Assembly: GCA_963718665.1 (NCBI GenBank)
Contig: OY970359.1
Coordinates: 1,632,001 to 1,696,000, forward strand
Length of the DNA: 64,000 nucleotides
DNA from: an uncultured Phycisphaerales bacterium
GTDB lineage: Bacteria > Planctomycetota > Phycisphaerae > Sedimentisphaerales > Anaerobacaceae
Direction: 5' to 3'
Position numbers and translations under genes: made by a program. Every line of letters begins with the position of its first letter. Position 1 is the first letter of the stretch. Below are positions 31,566 through 41,702 of this stretch, one piece after another. The notes under the pieces are model-generated. The model searched no databases. It worked only from the letters and a program-made list of their open reading frames with translations, and was not told where the DNA came from.

Positions 31566-32222
31566 ATGGTCAGGTTGTGTGATGACAGAGACATTTTGAA
31601 GATTGAGCCGGCGTTGTTCGGGGAATTGTATCCTGCTAACCAGGTTATCGCGGCGGGAACGGCAGGTGTGCTTGTTGGGACGACATTTGAGGCGAGTGGG
31701 GCGAATTTTGTGTCGGCTGGGGTCGAGGCGGGAGATTGTGTTTATCTGAGGTCGGCGGACGGAGTTCTCGACGGCGTGTATGAGATTGCGGCGGTGGATT
31801 CAGCGATGCAGTTGTGTGTGTCGGTTTTGCGGGTAGATTCGGAGGCAGACCCGATAGCTCCGCCGACAGTGAGTGATATTTCTTATCGGATAAGCACATT
31901 CAAGCCACAAATTGCGGATGTGAGCTTGAGGTTGATGGAATACCTGTGGATTAAGCCGGGGCAGGTAATCGGAGATGTTTCGGTGGATGAGATTCTCGAT
32001 TTGGATGAGGTTAGGCAATTGTGCGCGACGGGAGTAACAGCGACGGTATACAGAATGCTGGCGAGCGGGGCGGACAACGAGAATTTTAAGGAGAAGTGGC
32101 AAAAATACGAGGAGATGTTCGGGAAGGGGATGGAGCGATGTAGGGTGGCGATAGACAAAGACGGTGACGGAGTCGCGGATTCGATTCGTTTCGGCGGGTG
32201 CGGACGGCTGATAAGAGATTAA
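31566..32222 (+). CDS. Putative head-tail adaptor/virion protein
   Basis: Immediately follows capsid gene; helical C-terminal half resembling connector proteins (positional inference). Confidence 0.45.
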   Translation: MVRLCDDRDILKIEPALFGELYPANQVIAAGTAGVLVGTTFEASGANFVSAGVEAGDCVYLRSADGVLDGVYEIAAVDSAMQLCVSVLRVDSEADPIAPPTVSDISYRISTFKPQIADVSLRLMEYLWIKPGQVIGDVSVDEILDLDEVRQLCATGVTATVYRMLASGADNENFKEKWQKYEEMFGKGMERCRVAIDKDGDGVADSIRFGGCGRLIRD

Positions 32223-32246
32223 CAAGTTGATTATCCGGGTGAAGTT

Positions 32247-32615
32247 ATGAGCGCTAAGTTGGATGGTAACAAGTTGTTTGATGAGCCAATAGTTATCGAG
32301 GCAGAGAGCGTTAGTCGAGAGTCGATTGAGAGGTCGGCGGCGGGGCTGGACGGCGTGTTGAGTATCGACCTGGGCGGACGAGGAAGGAAAATCAGGCAAA
32401 AGGGTGAGATACGGGCCAGGAGCAAGGCGGAGCTGGACAGCAAGGCGGGGGCAATATCGGCTTTTATAGATGGGGACACGCATACGCTGGTCGGTTCGCG
32501 CGGAGATACATTTGAGAATCTTCGGGTTGATTCGGTAAATGTCAAAAATGAGCGAGTGAGCGGAGCGGGTGTGGTTGTGGATTACGAAGTTGTTTATACA
32601 CAGTTGATGGTGTGA
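32247..32615 (+). CDS. Hypothetical virion/tail protein
   Basis: Co-oriented, overlaps next gene. Confidence 0.5.
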   Translation: MSAKLDGNKLFDEPIVIEAESVSRESIERSAAGLDGVLSIDLGGRGRKIRQKGEIRARSKAELDSKAGAISAFIDGDTHTLVGSRGDTFENLRVDSVNVKNERVSGAGVVVDYEVVYTQLMV

Positions 32616-33397
32616 TGATGGGACTTATTAGTAGCGGGATAAATGGCGTGAGGGTTTTTGATTTGCCGACGGGCGTTTGGGAAGACGGGGCTGTAGTAGA
32701 GGCGCCAAGAATTTGCTTAGTGAAGTGGCGGTCGGAGTGGAAGGACAAGCTGTACCAGGTTTATGTAAACGGGTATTTCGCCGGCGTAACAGTTGACCGC
32801 GAGCAGAGAGAAATGGTGGTGCAGACGCCGAGTTGTTATGAGCGGGCGGTAAGGATTGAGGTATTTGCGGTTGAGGCGAACGAGGCGGACATTGATTTTG
32901 GGGATGAGCTGGAACAAAGCAGTGGGGACAGCGGAAGGGTGAGGTTGAGATTGCTGCGGAGTCAGCGATTGCCGATGGGGGCGAGGTTTGAGGTTTACTT
33001 TGACAATGGGATAGGGGTGATTGACTACGCGAATCCTATAGGCGGCGGACGAGTATGGGGATGTTGGCAGGATAAGGCGGGATTTGGATTAGCGAGGTTC
33101 GGAGAAAATGATTTTGGTTATGAGTGGGAAAACGGAGTCGGGTTCGGAAGAGGCGGCTTTGGGCTGGGTGAGTTCGGAGTTAACGCAGATGTTATCGAAT
33201 GGATAAGCCCTATTCTGGAGGCAGGGACATACAGATTTGGAGTGAAAATAATCGACGCGAGGGGTAATGAGAGCGAGGCAAGTGAGACGGGAGAGGTAGT
33301 GGTGATACCGGCAGCGATGCCGGCGATGGGATTGGATGTGCTGTCGTTTGATAAAACGACGAACGCGTTAATGCTTGGAATTAAAGATGAGGAGTAA
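32612..33397 (+). CDS. Hypothetical beta-rich (Fn3/Ig-like) virion protein
   Basis: YRFGVK..DARGNES Fn3-like strand; Gly-Phe repeats. Confidence 0.5.
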   Translation: MMMGLISSGINGVRVFDLPTGVWEDGAVVEAPRICLVKWRSEWKDKLYQVYVNGYFAGVTVDREQREMVVQTPSCYERAVRIEVFAVEANEADIDFGDELEQSSGDSGRVRLRLLRSQRLPMGARFEVYFDNGIGVIDYANPIGGGRVWGCWQDKAGFGLARFGENDFGYEWENGVGFGRGGFGLGEFGVNADVIEWISPILEAGTYRFGVKIIDARGNESEASETGEVVVIPAAMPAMGLDVLSFDKTTNALMLGIKDEE

Positions 33398-33409
33398 AGG
33401 AGCGAAATT

Positions 33410-33850
33410 ATGGCAGAGGTATATCCGAGTGATAATGAGTTGTTGAATTTGCTGACGGACAGTGAAACCGGGGTGGAATACATAGCGACGGGACAGTCGC
33501 CATATTATTTGCAGTTTCGCAGGTTGCTGTATCGACTGCTGCAGGCGACGAGGCGGGCGAATGATTTGCGGGTATTCGACGAGGGCGGATTGAATATAGG
33601 CGCGAAGGCGGGAAGGTTCCAGGCGGGGACACAGCAGGTGAATTACGCAGGGTCGTCGGGCAACGCTTTGGCGGATAACAAGGCGAACATATACATTTAC
33701 CTGACAAACACGGGGGTTTTGGTGACGAATGAATACAGCGGATTTCCGGATATGGCGACTACGTCACACGTTCGGTTGGCGAAAGTAACGACTTCGGGCG
33801 GGGACATAACGGCGATTGAGGATTGTCGCATTCTAATAAGAATTGGGTGA
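33410..33850 (+). CDS. Hypothetical virion protein (tail-fibre anchor-like)
   Basis: LAKVTTSGGDITAIEDCR ending resembles fibre attachment domains; good RBS. Confidence 0.5.
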   Translation: MAEVYPSDNELLNLLTDSETGVEYIATGQSPYYLQFRRLLYRLLQATRRANDLRVFDEGGLNIGAKAGRFQAGTQQVNYAGSSGNALADNKANIYIYLTNTGVLVTNEYSGFPDMATTSHVRLAKVTTSGGDITAIEDCRILIRIG

Positions 33851-33871
33851 TATTGGTAAAAGGAAAAAGAG

Positions 33872-35053
33872 ATGATTTACGTAAATGATTCAAGCAGGGT
33901 GTGGCATGTCGCGAAGGTTGGTAATGACTCGAACAGTGGGCACGCGGGTCAATACCCGGTTAATCTGGCGAATGACGCGAAACTGACGATAGGTGCGGCT
34001 GTGGGCGCGGCGGCGAGCGGGGACACGATAATAATCTGGCCCGGGGATTACGCGGAGAATGTGAACGCCGGGAGCAAGGCATTAACATTTGCAGGGACAA
34101 ACAGGGCGAAGAGCCACATTGTGCCGGCGACAGGGTCGGCGTTAACTCTCGCGGACGGCTGTATAGTGAAAAACCTGTCATGCGAGGCGTTGCAGGTCGC
34201 GGCCCAGGTAGCCGGCATATACGCTTTTCAAAAGAAGAATATTGTCATTGAGGATTGTGACATATCCGGGTCTTATGACGGGCTGTATTTGTTTACGACA
34301 ACGGACGTGTATCTCAGGAATTGCCGGGTGTTCGGCAAATATGACAGCGCGAATTTTAACACGGTAACGGGGCTGATGGTCGAGAACTGCGTTTTTAGAG
34401 CAGACGGGACATACGGGACGAGCGTCAATTGCCGAGCTGCGTGGGGTAACGGCGAGGCCATCTTCAGGAAATGTCAGTTTATAGCGGGCAGAAGCGATGC
34501 TTCATCGATGACTTTGGCGGGATATTACATCGGGAGTGCTTCGGCCAGACATATTTTTGATGACTGCATTTTTGTGGCAAACGGCGGGGCGTCTTTCGCC
34601 GGTAACATTTACGCGTTTCAATCCAACTACGCGTCTGGCAACGTGATAATGAATGGCTGCGTTTTTTATACTTCCTCGACGGGAACGCCTTTGGAGATGG
34701 TTGATTTGAAGAATTCAGCGGGAGCCGTTGTGGTGAACGGGTGCAAGTATGCTTCCAGCGGCGGGATTATCACGCAATCGGACTCGAATTGGGCGAGCGC
34801 ATTGGCTGTAGCGTTATTCACGAATGGCGAGGCGAACAAACTGAAGATAGACGCGGCAGGCAGAGTTGAGACAAGCGGCGTGCAGGGGATTAATGCTGAA
34901 TCGATTCAGAAGGCGGCGAAGATGCTGCTGAATAAGGCGGCGCAGGACAAACTGACGGGTGCGATTCGGTATTACGATGACGACGGGCAGACGGTGATAT
35001 TGACGCATACGCCACAGGAAAGCGAGTCGAGTTTGACGAGGACGGTGAGCTGA
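33872..35053 (+). CDS. Right-handed beta-helix (pectin lyase fold) tailspike-like protein
   Basis: HV..GNDSNSG, TIGAAV..A.SGDTIIIWPGDY.E, repeated xENC/NGC rungs. Confidence 0.65.
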   Translation: MIYVNDSSRVWHVAKVGNDSNSGHAGQYPVNLANDAKLTIGAAVGAAASGDTIIIWPGDYAENVNAGSKALTFAGTNRAKSHIVPATGSALTLADGCIVKNLSCEALQVAAQVAGIYAFQKKNIVIEDCDISGSYDGLYLFTTTDVYLRNCRVFGKYDSANFNTVTGLMVENCVFRADGTYGTSVNCRAAWGNGEAIFRKCQFIAGRSDASSMTLAGYYIGSASARHIFDDCIFVANGGASFAGNIYAFQSNYASGNVIMNGCVFYTSSTGTPLEMVDLKNSAGAVVVNGCKYASSGGIITQSDSNWASALAVALFTNGEANKLKIDAAGRVETSGVQGINAESIQKAAKMLLNKAAQDKLTGAIRYYDDDGQTVILTHTPQESESSLTRTVS

Positions 35054-35736
35054 TGGAAGCGGCGTGGATGAGAGAGGCGTTGTTCGCGGGGCAGACGGCG
35101 AACGGTTTTAAGCTGGGGACGACAGCGACGCTGGGGTGGTTCTGGATGAGGTTAAATGGCTGTCGGATAGCGTATCGCGGACAGAGTATGGATGAGGTTG
35201 ATTTTGATAACATACTCACTGTCGCGGGAGCAGGAATAGATGAGATTGCAATGCCAGGTTACTTATCGCACGAGGCGGGAGAGACGTATTTTTATGTTGT
35301 GCGGTGCGCGAATAGATGCGGGGATATTGAACGGACACTACGGGCGGCGGCGAAGGTTACGATTGGTGATGACGGCAAGTTAGGCAAGGCGAGGCCGAAT
35401 GAAGTTGTGGGGTTAAAAGCGGAACAAGGACAGGAGGGAGAGATTGAGATTACCTGGACATACAACCCGATGGAACAGGATAGTGTGCCTGTGGAGATGA
35501 GGATTTACGGGGACAACGGGACGGGTGAGATTGATTATCAAAATCCGATTGCGGTAGTGAAGTATAAGGGGCGGAGGTTTTACAGGCACAGGATTGAGAG
35601 ACCAGCGGACGGGCGGTATCGGTTCGCGGTAAGAACGGCAGACGCAAATGGTAACGAGTGCGAGTCGAAACAGGATGTTACGGTTGAGATTAGCAGGACG
35701 AATTTGGAAGCTATTCAGATTATTGGTGCGATATGA
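35053..35736 (+). CDS. Fn3-like domain protein
   Basis: YFYVVRCAN..G.E, P..V.GL.AE...I.ITW, YRFAVRTAD.NGNE. Confidence 0.55.
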   Translation: MEAAWMREALFAGQTANGFKLGTTATLGWFWMRLNGCRIAYRGQSMDEVDFDNILTVAGAGIDEIAMPGYLSHEAGETYFYVVRCANRCGDIERTLRAAAKVTIGDDGKLGKARPNEVVGLKAEQGQEGEIEITWTYNPMEQDSVPVEMRIYGDNGTGEIDYQNPIAVVKYKGRRFYRHRIERPADGRYRFAVRTADANGNECESKQDVTVEISRTNLEAIQIIGAI

Positions 35737-36800
35737 CGAACAGGGTGGATTTGTATCAGCCGGAGAGAAGAGGGACGGCGTTGCCTGGGGGTGGGGCGTT
35801 TGTTTTTGTTGAAGGGAGATTATGCCCGGAACTGGAAGTTGTGGAGATAGCCAGAGGCGGGATGGGCGAGTTTGGTTCAGCGAGGATGAGAAATAACGCG
35901 GACAGCGAGATTGAAATCGGGAAGCCCGTAGTAATCAAATGGTTTTATAACAATTGTTATCCTGCGGGAGGCGCGGAGGGGATTGCGATTTTCGTCGGAG
36001 AGGTAGAGACGATTGAGACGGCTATCGGACCAGAGGACGAGAGTATTGAAATCGTGGCGAGAGATTTCAGTTTGGCGATGGAGGGGATAAGCGTATTGGG
36101 GAGATGGGAACGGGGAGTTGACGGTCAGGTTGCCTTTGCAGCGGGAGCGAAGACGATTTTTAATGAGAATGGTTTGGCAAACGCGGCTGATGAAACAGCG
36201 GATTGTAACGGCAGCAGGATACGGGCGTTTGCGGCGGAGGGTGTGGAAGCGAAGTTGTGGGATTTCGCGGAGATAATAGGGTATTTGCTTTGTGAGTATT
36301 TGCCTGCGGGGCAGTTGGGTATCCCGGAGGCGAGCAGGATAAGGGCGTTGACGGCGGGGGAGGTGATTGAGGACCTTGATGTTACGGGGAGGAGTTTGCT
36401 TGAGGCGATAAGCCGATGCTGCGAACGGGCGGGCGTTAAGTTTAAGTTTGTGCCGAGGTTGGGCGAGACGGGGCCGGAAAGCGGAATAGTGTTTTATCGA
36501 ACGGGAATAAATAGAGCAGTTGAGCTGAATCTGCAAAAGCAGGGCGAACGGCTGAACATATCGAAGACGAATATCTGGAAAGTTAATGCGTCAAGAAACG
36601 CCGACGGCGATACATTTGAAGTGCAGACGCCTTATTTGGCGATTGGCTTTGAGGTCGGGGATATCGCAGGGGCGGCCCCGGACAGCAGGGATGTGTTATC
36701 GACGAGGAACAACATAAACCCGGCGGTAATTGAACGGGTGAGGATGGATTTTGGGAAGCAAACGACGCAATTAAAAATTGTTAGAAACAGGACATATTGA
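35733..36800 (+). CDS. Putative tail hub/baseplate-like protein
   Basis: IFVGEV..IE......IEIVARD, SLLEAI..CC, VGD...IERV pattern of hub-type tail proteins (inference). Confidence 0.45.
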   Translation: MTNRVDLYQPERRGTALPGGGAFVFVEGRLCPELEVVEIARGGMGEFGSARMRNNADSEIEIGKPVVIKWFYNNCYPAGGAEGIAIFVGEVETIETAIGPEDESIEIVARDFSLAMEGISVLGRWERGVDGQVAFAAGAKTIFNENGLANAADETADCNGSRIRAFAAEGVEAKLWDFAEIIGYLLCEYLPAGQLGIPEASRIRALTAGEVIEDLDVTGRSLLEAISRCCERAGVKFKFVPRLGETGPESGIVFYRTGINRAVELNLQKQGERLNISKTNIWKVNASRNADGDTFEVQTPYLAIGFEVGDIAGAAPDSRDVLSTRNNINPAVIERVRMDFGKQTTQLKIVRNRTY

Positions 36801-36845
36801 TTGCGGATTTGGGATTGCAGATTGCGGATTGAAGAGGAGCGGGAA

Positions 36846-37100
36846 ATGACAAGACAAAACGGGAAATGGACGCTGAACAGGACGGTGAATTTGTCGGTTT
36901 TGGTGCAATTGGCGTTTTTGGCGTCGCTGATATTGGGAAGCTGGGTGAATCTGCAAAGACAACTGGATTCGCTTCAGCGGGACGTAACAAGCTTATTGGA
37001 AAGTCAGAAACGCTCCGCGGATAAGGTTGAAGCCCTTCAGGAAAAGGTAATATCGCACGAATTTAGATTGAAACAGCTTGAGAAGGAATTACAGGAGTGA
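36846..37100 (+). CDS. Small single-TM coiled-coil protein (holin-like)
   Basis: RBS GAGGAG; one TM followed by coiled coil. Confidence 0.5.
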   Translation: MTRQNGKWTLNRTVNLSVLVQLAFLASLILGSWVNLQRQLDSLQRDVTSLLESQKRSADKVEALQEKVISHEFRLKQLEKELQE

Positions 37101-37206
37101 TGTATTTCGTATTTAGTCGTTCGTATTTCGTCGGTCGATATACGAAATACGAGATACGCACGACGAGCTTTGTATGAAAGTCAAATTCAATTTTAGGAGG
37201 AAAATT

Positions 37207-37818
37207 ATGAAGAAGTTAGCAGTTGTAATGACAGTAGGAATGTTGTTTTGTGTTGGTGGTTCGATTTTACTTATCACGGGCGGTTGTGAAGGAATCAGGT
37301 TTGCGCCGAGCGAGACGCAGAAACAAAACGCGTGGGTGCATAATCGGACGGCGGCGATAACATCGCAAACGGCACAAAGCGAGCAGGCATCGGAAAAGCT
37401 ACAGGAACTGACGAAACTGTCGGAGACGCAGAGCCAGGCGTTTGTGGCGTATTACGGATTGCCACAGGAACTGCCGAAGGCGGATACAGTGAACGATGTG
37501 CTTAGCGAATCGAATAAGCAATTAGCGGCGACGGCGATAAAGGAATCCGGTCAAAGGCCTAACGGATGGGATATCGCAGATTCGGCGATGGAGCTTGGTA
37601 TAGCGATAGCGGGTCTCTTTGGCGGGGCAGGGGCGATAAGGGTTATGAGCTTTTTGCAGCAGGCAAAGGCGAAATCGAACGCTTTGAAGGAGATTGTTTT
37701 AGCCAATGAGATTTTCAAGAAGACAAATCCCGATTCAGCAGAGGCGTTCAAGGATGCGCAGAAGAATCAGTCGCCATTGACGAAGCAGATTGTGACGGAA
37801 GCGAAGAGCGGGGCGTAG
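37207..37818 (+). CDS. Lipoprotein with a second TM segment (spanin-like architecture)
   Basis: RBS AGGAGG; lipobox-like ITGG|C; TM LGIAIAGLFGGAGAI. Confidence 0.55.
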   Translation: MKKLAVVMTVGMLFCVGGSILLITGGCEGIRFAPSETQKQNAWVHNRTAAITSQTAQSEQASEKLQELTKLSETQSQAFVAYYGLPQELPKADTVNDVLSESNKQLAATAIKESGQRPNGWDIADSAMELGIAIAGLFGGAGAIRVMSFLQQAKAKSNALKEIVLANEIFKKTNPDSAEAFKDAQKNQSPLTKQIVTEAKSGA

Positions 37819-37968
37819 CTGATTTCGTGACTCGTGACCCGGGCCTCGTATCTCGTTCGAGCGATGGGGGCACGGGTGACGAGCGACACAACCAGCACAA
37901 ATGAGGGCAGGGATGGTATGAGAACGAGCGAATCGTTTTATTATGAGCCGGATAAGCTGGCGGAGTTC

Positions 37969-38388
37969 TTAGTTGGCGAGTTTGATATCGACTAAGGTTT
38001 TGATATTGGCGACGTCGGTTTTGTTTCGCACTTGTAGGCGGATGCCTCGGCCTTCGACGTATTTTTTGGCGTTTCGCAATTCATCTTTAATCGACTGCGG
38101 CAGCGAGCTATTCTGCACGTCGTCAACGCCCTTGTCGCCGAATACGAACGCGACCATTATGTGACCGTCGCTCGGCACCATATAAATGATATTGCGTTTC
38201 TTGTCTTTTAGCCGGAATGACCAGCCGTATTTGACGCCGGGGTATTTCCATTCTTCAATTGCCTTGGGATATTTTTCCACGACGTATTCGGCGATGTCGG
38301 TCCACAGTTGATATTGTTTTCCAAGCGTCTTGGCCAGCATTTGCTTTGTCGGCTGTTTCGACTTGTCGTCAAATAAGCTCAGCGCCAT
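37969..38388 (-). CDS. DUF3788-like protein
   Basis: F.DK..QPT, EWKY.G.KYGWS.RLK..KR, KKYVEGRGI. Confidence 0.65.
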   Translation of the reverse strand: MALSLFDDKSKQPTKQMLAKTLGKQYQLWTDIAEYVVEKYPKAIEEWKYPGVKYGWSFRLKDKKRNIIYMVPSDGHIMVAFVFGDKGVDDVQNSSLPQSIKDELRNAKKYVEGRGIRLQVRNKTDVANIKTLVDIKLAN

Positions 38389-38461
38389 TGATTCTTCTCC
38401 TGTTTTTATTTCCTGAATGGTGTAATGATACCACATTCGCGGGGAAAGTTAAGCGACTTGA

Positions 38462-39882
38462 TTATTGTGGCATGACGTGATACAGGCCGGTGTCGTGGGC
38501 GTTGATTTTTGTGCTGAAACTGCTTTCAAACACGCCCATCTCTTTATGCGTCCACAAATTTTTTACCAGGCAGCGGCTGGCCAGCCCCATTTTGGCGAAG
38601 TCCGCGGAGACATCCACCACCTGCTTATCATTCAGATTAAACAGGGCGACATATTTATCTTTGGAATCGGGGACATCCGACATCCACGCGACCTTGTCGC
38701 CGTCGCGGAAAAGCAGCCGCGGATTTCGGCCGTGCTGATTAACCGCCAGCACTTCGTCGTTGGTAATCAGCGACAGTGTCCATTCGTCACAACTGGGCAT
38801 ATCGCCCCCGAACATCAGCGGCGAATTAAAAATGCTCCACAGGGTAATCAGAGTGACCTGTTCGTCTTTGGTAAAATGGCTGCGGCGGTCCTGCCCGCGT
38901 TCGGCACGGATGCCGATGCGTCCCAGCGGCAGCATATCACAGTCGGGCCAATAGCCGGGGCCGCCTTTGGACATCCACTTCTCGCAGAGGCCGAATGTTT
39001 CTTTTAGAGAACGCCAGTTATCCCAGAAATCGCCGGACATCCGCCACAAGTTAGCGTTTGTCTTCAGATGCTCGGCGTCACCGACAGGCGCCGGGCCTGG
39101 CGAGAGACTCAGTACGATATTCGGGCCGTATGTATCGAGGGCCTTGCGCAGCAGTTGGACTTCTTCTTTGTGGTACGGCGACGACATATCGTCGCATTTG
39201 ATATAGTCCACACTCCACTGGGCGTACAGTTGGATAATCGAATCGTAATACGCCTGCGCACGGGGCGAGCCGGATTTACGCCATACATATCGGTAATCCA
39301 TTTGCAGGTGCCGTTGGGGTCGGCGATATCGGCGGCGGTATAAGATACACCTTTGACAGGCGTTTTATCCTTTGACGGCTTGACGCGGGATGCCGCGCAT
39401 GATATGAATGCCGAACTTCAGACCTTTGTTGTGGACATAATCGGCCAGCGGCTTAAACCCGTTGCCGTCGGCGGCGGAAGGAAAACGATTGACCGCGGGG
39501 ATAAGCCGGCCCCAGGAATCCATCTCCAGCGGGGCAAAGTTATTGTAGCCCTGCGCCCGGGCATTGGGTTCATACCATTGTATATCGACGACGATATACT
39601 GCCAGCCATGGGACTTAAGGTGTTCGGCCATATAGTCGGCGTTGGCCTTGACTTCTTCCTCGCGGACGCACGGGCCGTAACAATCCCAGCTGTTCCAGCC
39701 CATCGGAGGCGTCGGGGCAAGCGCCAATGATGCGGCTGTAAATTTGCAGCCGCATAACCCATGCTTGCCAGAAGAGAAAAAATCATTACACAAAATCCGC
39801 CGGCGAAAGCCAACCCGAATGCCTTAGCGAGCATCTGTTTTGTCGGCTGTTTCGATTTGTCGTCAAATAAGCTCATCGCCAT
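38462..39882 (-). pseudogene. GH27 alpha-galactosidase/beta-L-arabinopyranosidase with three frameshifts, fused to a duplicated DUF3788 5' end
   Basis: LAPTPPMGWNSWD, VVDIQW, GLKFGIH, VDYIKCDD, WRMSGDFWD, WPDCDML; shifts at ~39725, 39371-39373 and ~39261. Confidence 0.8.
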
Positions 39883-40021
39883 TGAATCTTCTCCTGTTCT
39901 TGTTTCCTGAATGACGTAATGATAGCAGATTCACGGGGGCAATTGAAAGCCAAATTTATGAACGTCAATTTGCGGAAAAACAGTTGCGGTTCGAGTAGCG
40001 TAGATGTTCTAATATAATATG

Positions 40022-41074
40022 ATGAGCAGGCGAAACGAGACACGAGACCGGCTGGAAAAACTCAAATCGCTTTGGGCGAGGGGCGAGTCGCTTTTGATAG
40101 TGATGCAGAATAATCCCGACCCCGACTCAATCGCCGCGGCGTGCGCCCTTCGTGAGCTTGCCAACAGGACGGCGGGCTTGAACTGCCGGTTCGCGTATGG
40201 CGGCACGATAGGCCGGGCAGAGAACCGCGAGCTGGTTCATTATCTCGGCTTTGCGTTTTATCATTTCGACAAAATCAGTCATCAGAAGTCCGACCTTATC
40301 GCGCTTGTTGATACTCAGCCGAGCGCGGGTAATAATCCGCTGCCCGAAGGCGTTCAGCCGGATATCATCATCGACCACCATCCCGCGATAGAGGCAAGCA
40401 GGGGTGTCGCTTTCGCGGATATTCGCGAGAATTATGGCGCGACTTCGACGATTATGTGGGAATATCTTCGCGAGGCCAAAATCACGCCGGATATGCCGAT
40501 TGCGACTGCGCTGCTTTACGGTATCCGTTCCGATACGCAGGACCTCGGCAGGGAAGCAACACAGGTGGATATCGACGCGATTGGGGCGTTGTATCCTTTG
40601 GCCAACAAGCGGATGCTCGGCCAGATTCAGCGGGGACGAGTGCCCTCTGATTATTATCAAATGCTCTCGACTGCGCTGACTAACACGCAGATTTATTCGC
40701 ATGCCTTAATTTGCAATATCGGCAGCATCGACAACGCGGATATGATTGGCGAGGTGGCGGACCTTCTGCTGCGACACGAGGAAGTTGACTGGGTGATGTG
40801 CTACGGCATTTGCGACAGCCGGATTCTTATTTCTTTTCGCACTCAGGATAGCAATCTCGATGCGGGTGATGTAGCGCGTAAGGTTGTTTATAAGCTCGGC
40901 ACAGGAGGCGGACACACGAGTATGGCGGGCGGACAGATAACATTACTCGAGGCCAAACGCCCGGCGCGTCTCGAAGGATTGATACGCAGGCGGTTCCTCA
41001 ATGCTCTCAAGATAAGGACGCAAAATAGCCGGCCTCTTGTTCGTATCCCGCCGAAGGCACGTTCCGGAAAATAA
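40022..41074 (+). CDS. DHH/DHHA1 phosphoesterase (NrnA-like)
   Basis: NPDPDS, LVD, IDHH, GIRSDT, GGGH..MAGG. Confidence 0.85.
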   Translation: MSRRNETRDRLEKLKSLWARGESLLIVMQNNPDPDSIAAACALRELANRTAGLNCRFAYGGTIGRAENRELVHYLGFAFYHFDKISHQKSDLIALVDTQPSAGNNPLPEGVQPDIIIDHHPAIEASRGVAFADIRENYGATSTIMWEYLREAKITPDMPIATALLYGIRSDTQDLGREATQVDIDAIGALYPLANKRMLGQIQRGRVPSDYYQMLSTALTNTQIYSHALICNIGSIDNADMIGEVADLLLRHEEVDWVMCYGICDSRILISFRTQDSNLDAGDVARKVVYKLGTGGGHTSMAGGQITLLEAKRPARLEGLIRRRFLNALKIRTQNSRPLVRIPPKARSGK

Positions 41075-41096
41075 ACCTCGACTCCGCCGTTTACGG

Positions 41097-41702
41097 TTAT
41101 TTTCGGCGACGCAGCAGTAATCCGCCGATTCCCAGCAAAGCTATCGTCGCGGGCTCTGGGACACATGGGACTTTTATGGTTTCGGTAGTTATGGTGAATG
41201 TTACGCCGTCGTTATAGAAGTGGCAATCCGGGTCGATTCCGAATCCGAAGTTGGCTTTACCCGTGCCTGGTGTTGTCGTTATGTAAGCGTTGAGCGCGTC
41301 CAAAAGTCCCAGTTTGCCGAAATCAAGAACCAGGTTGAAATTTCGCGATTTGCCGCCTGCCGGATCCGACCAGTTGCTCACCAACTTGCCCTGTCCCGCG
41401 AAGTTGTCGCCGCCGCCCTGGTTATCAACATAGCTTATTACGCTGGCTTTCGGGTTATCGAGCAGGTGAATGAACAGGTGGTCGTCGCTTTCTTTGACCC
41501 AGTCCCAGATGTTGGTAAACGTCAGCACTGCGCCGGTTATTTTTTCATTCGGCGCGAGAGTGAAGTTGATTCCCCAGGTAAAATATTCCTCGTGAGGCAG
41601 TTCCGACAAACCGTTTGGTGTTGGGCGAAATACCGTCAGTCCGGCGTTTGCGGATGTGGCTGCGGCCAAGCCAAGCGCAATCACACACAGTAAAGTTCCC
41701 AT
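41097..41702 (-). CDS. PEP-CTERM surface protein
   Basis: Signal peptide; VPEPATIALLGIGGLLLRRRK. Confidence 0.88.
   Translation of the reverse strand: MGTLLCVIALGLAAATSANAGLTVFRPTPNGLSELPHEEYFTWGINFTLAPNEKITGAVLTFTNIWDWVKESDDHLFIHLLDNPKASVISYVDNQGGGDNFAGQGKLVSNWSDPAGGKSRNFNLVLDFGKLGLLDALNAYITTTPGTGKANFGFGIDPDCHFYNDGVTFTITTETIKVPCVPEPATIALLGIGGLLLRRRK

Larger units (their letters stand above)
28149..37818 (+). mobile_element. Phage-derived virion operon (GTA-like or prophage remnant)
   Basis: 12 co-oriented genes from portal to lipoprotein; no integrase, terminase or replication gene adjacent. Confidence 0.7.

Noticed and set aside
28149..37818. Intact inducible prophage, tailocin or encapsulin
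   Set aside because: No integrase, replication or terminase genes for a prophage; no sheath or tube for a tailocin; portal and scaffold argue against an encapsulin
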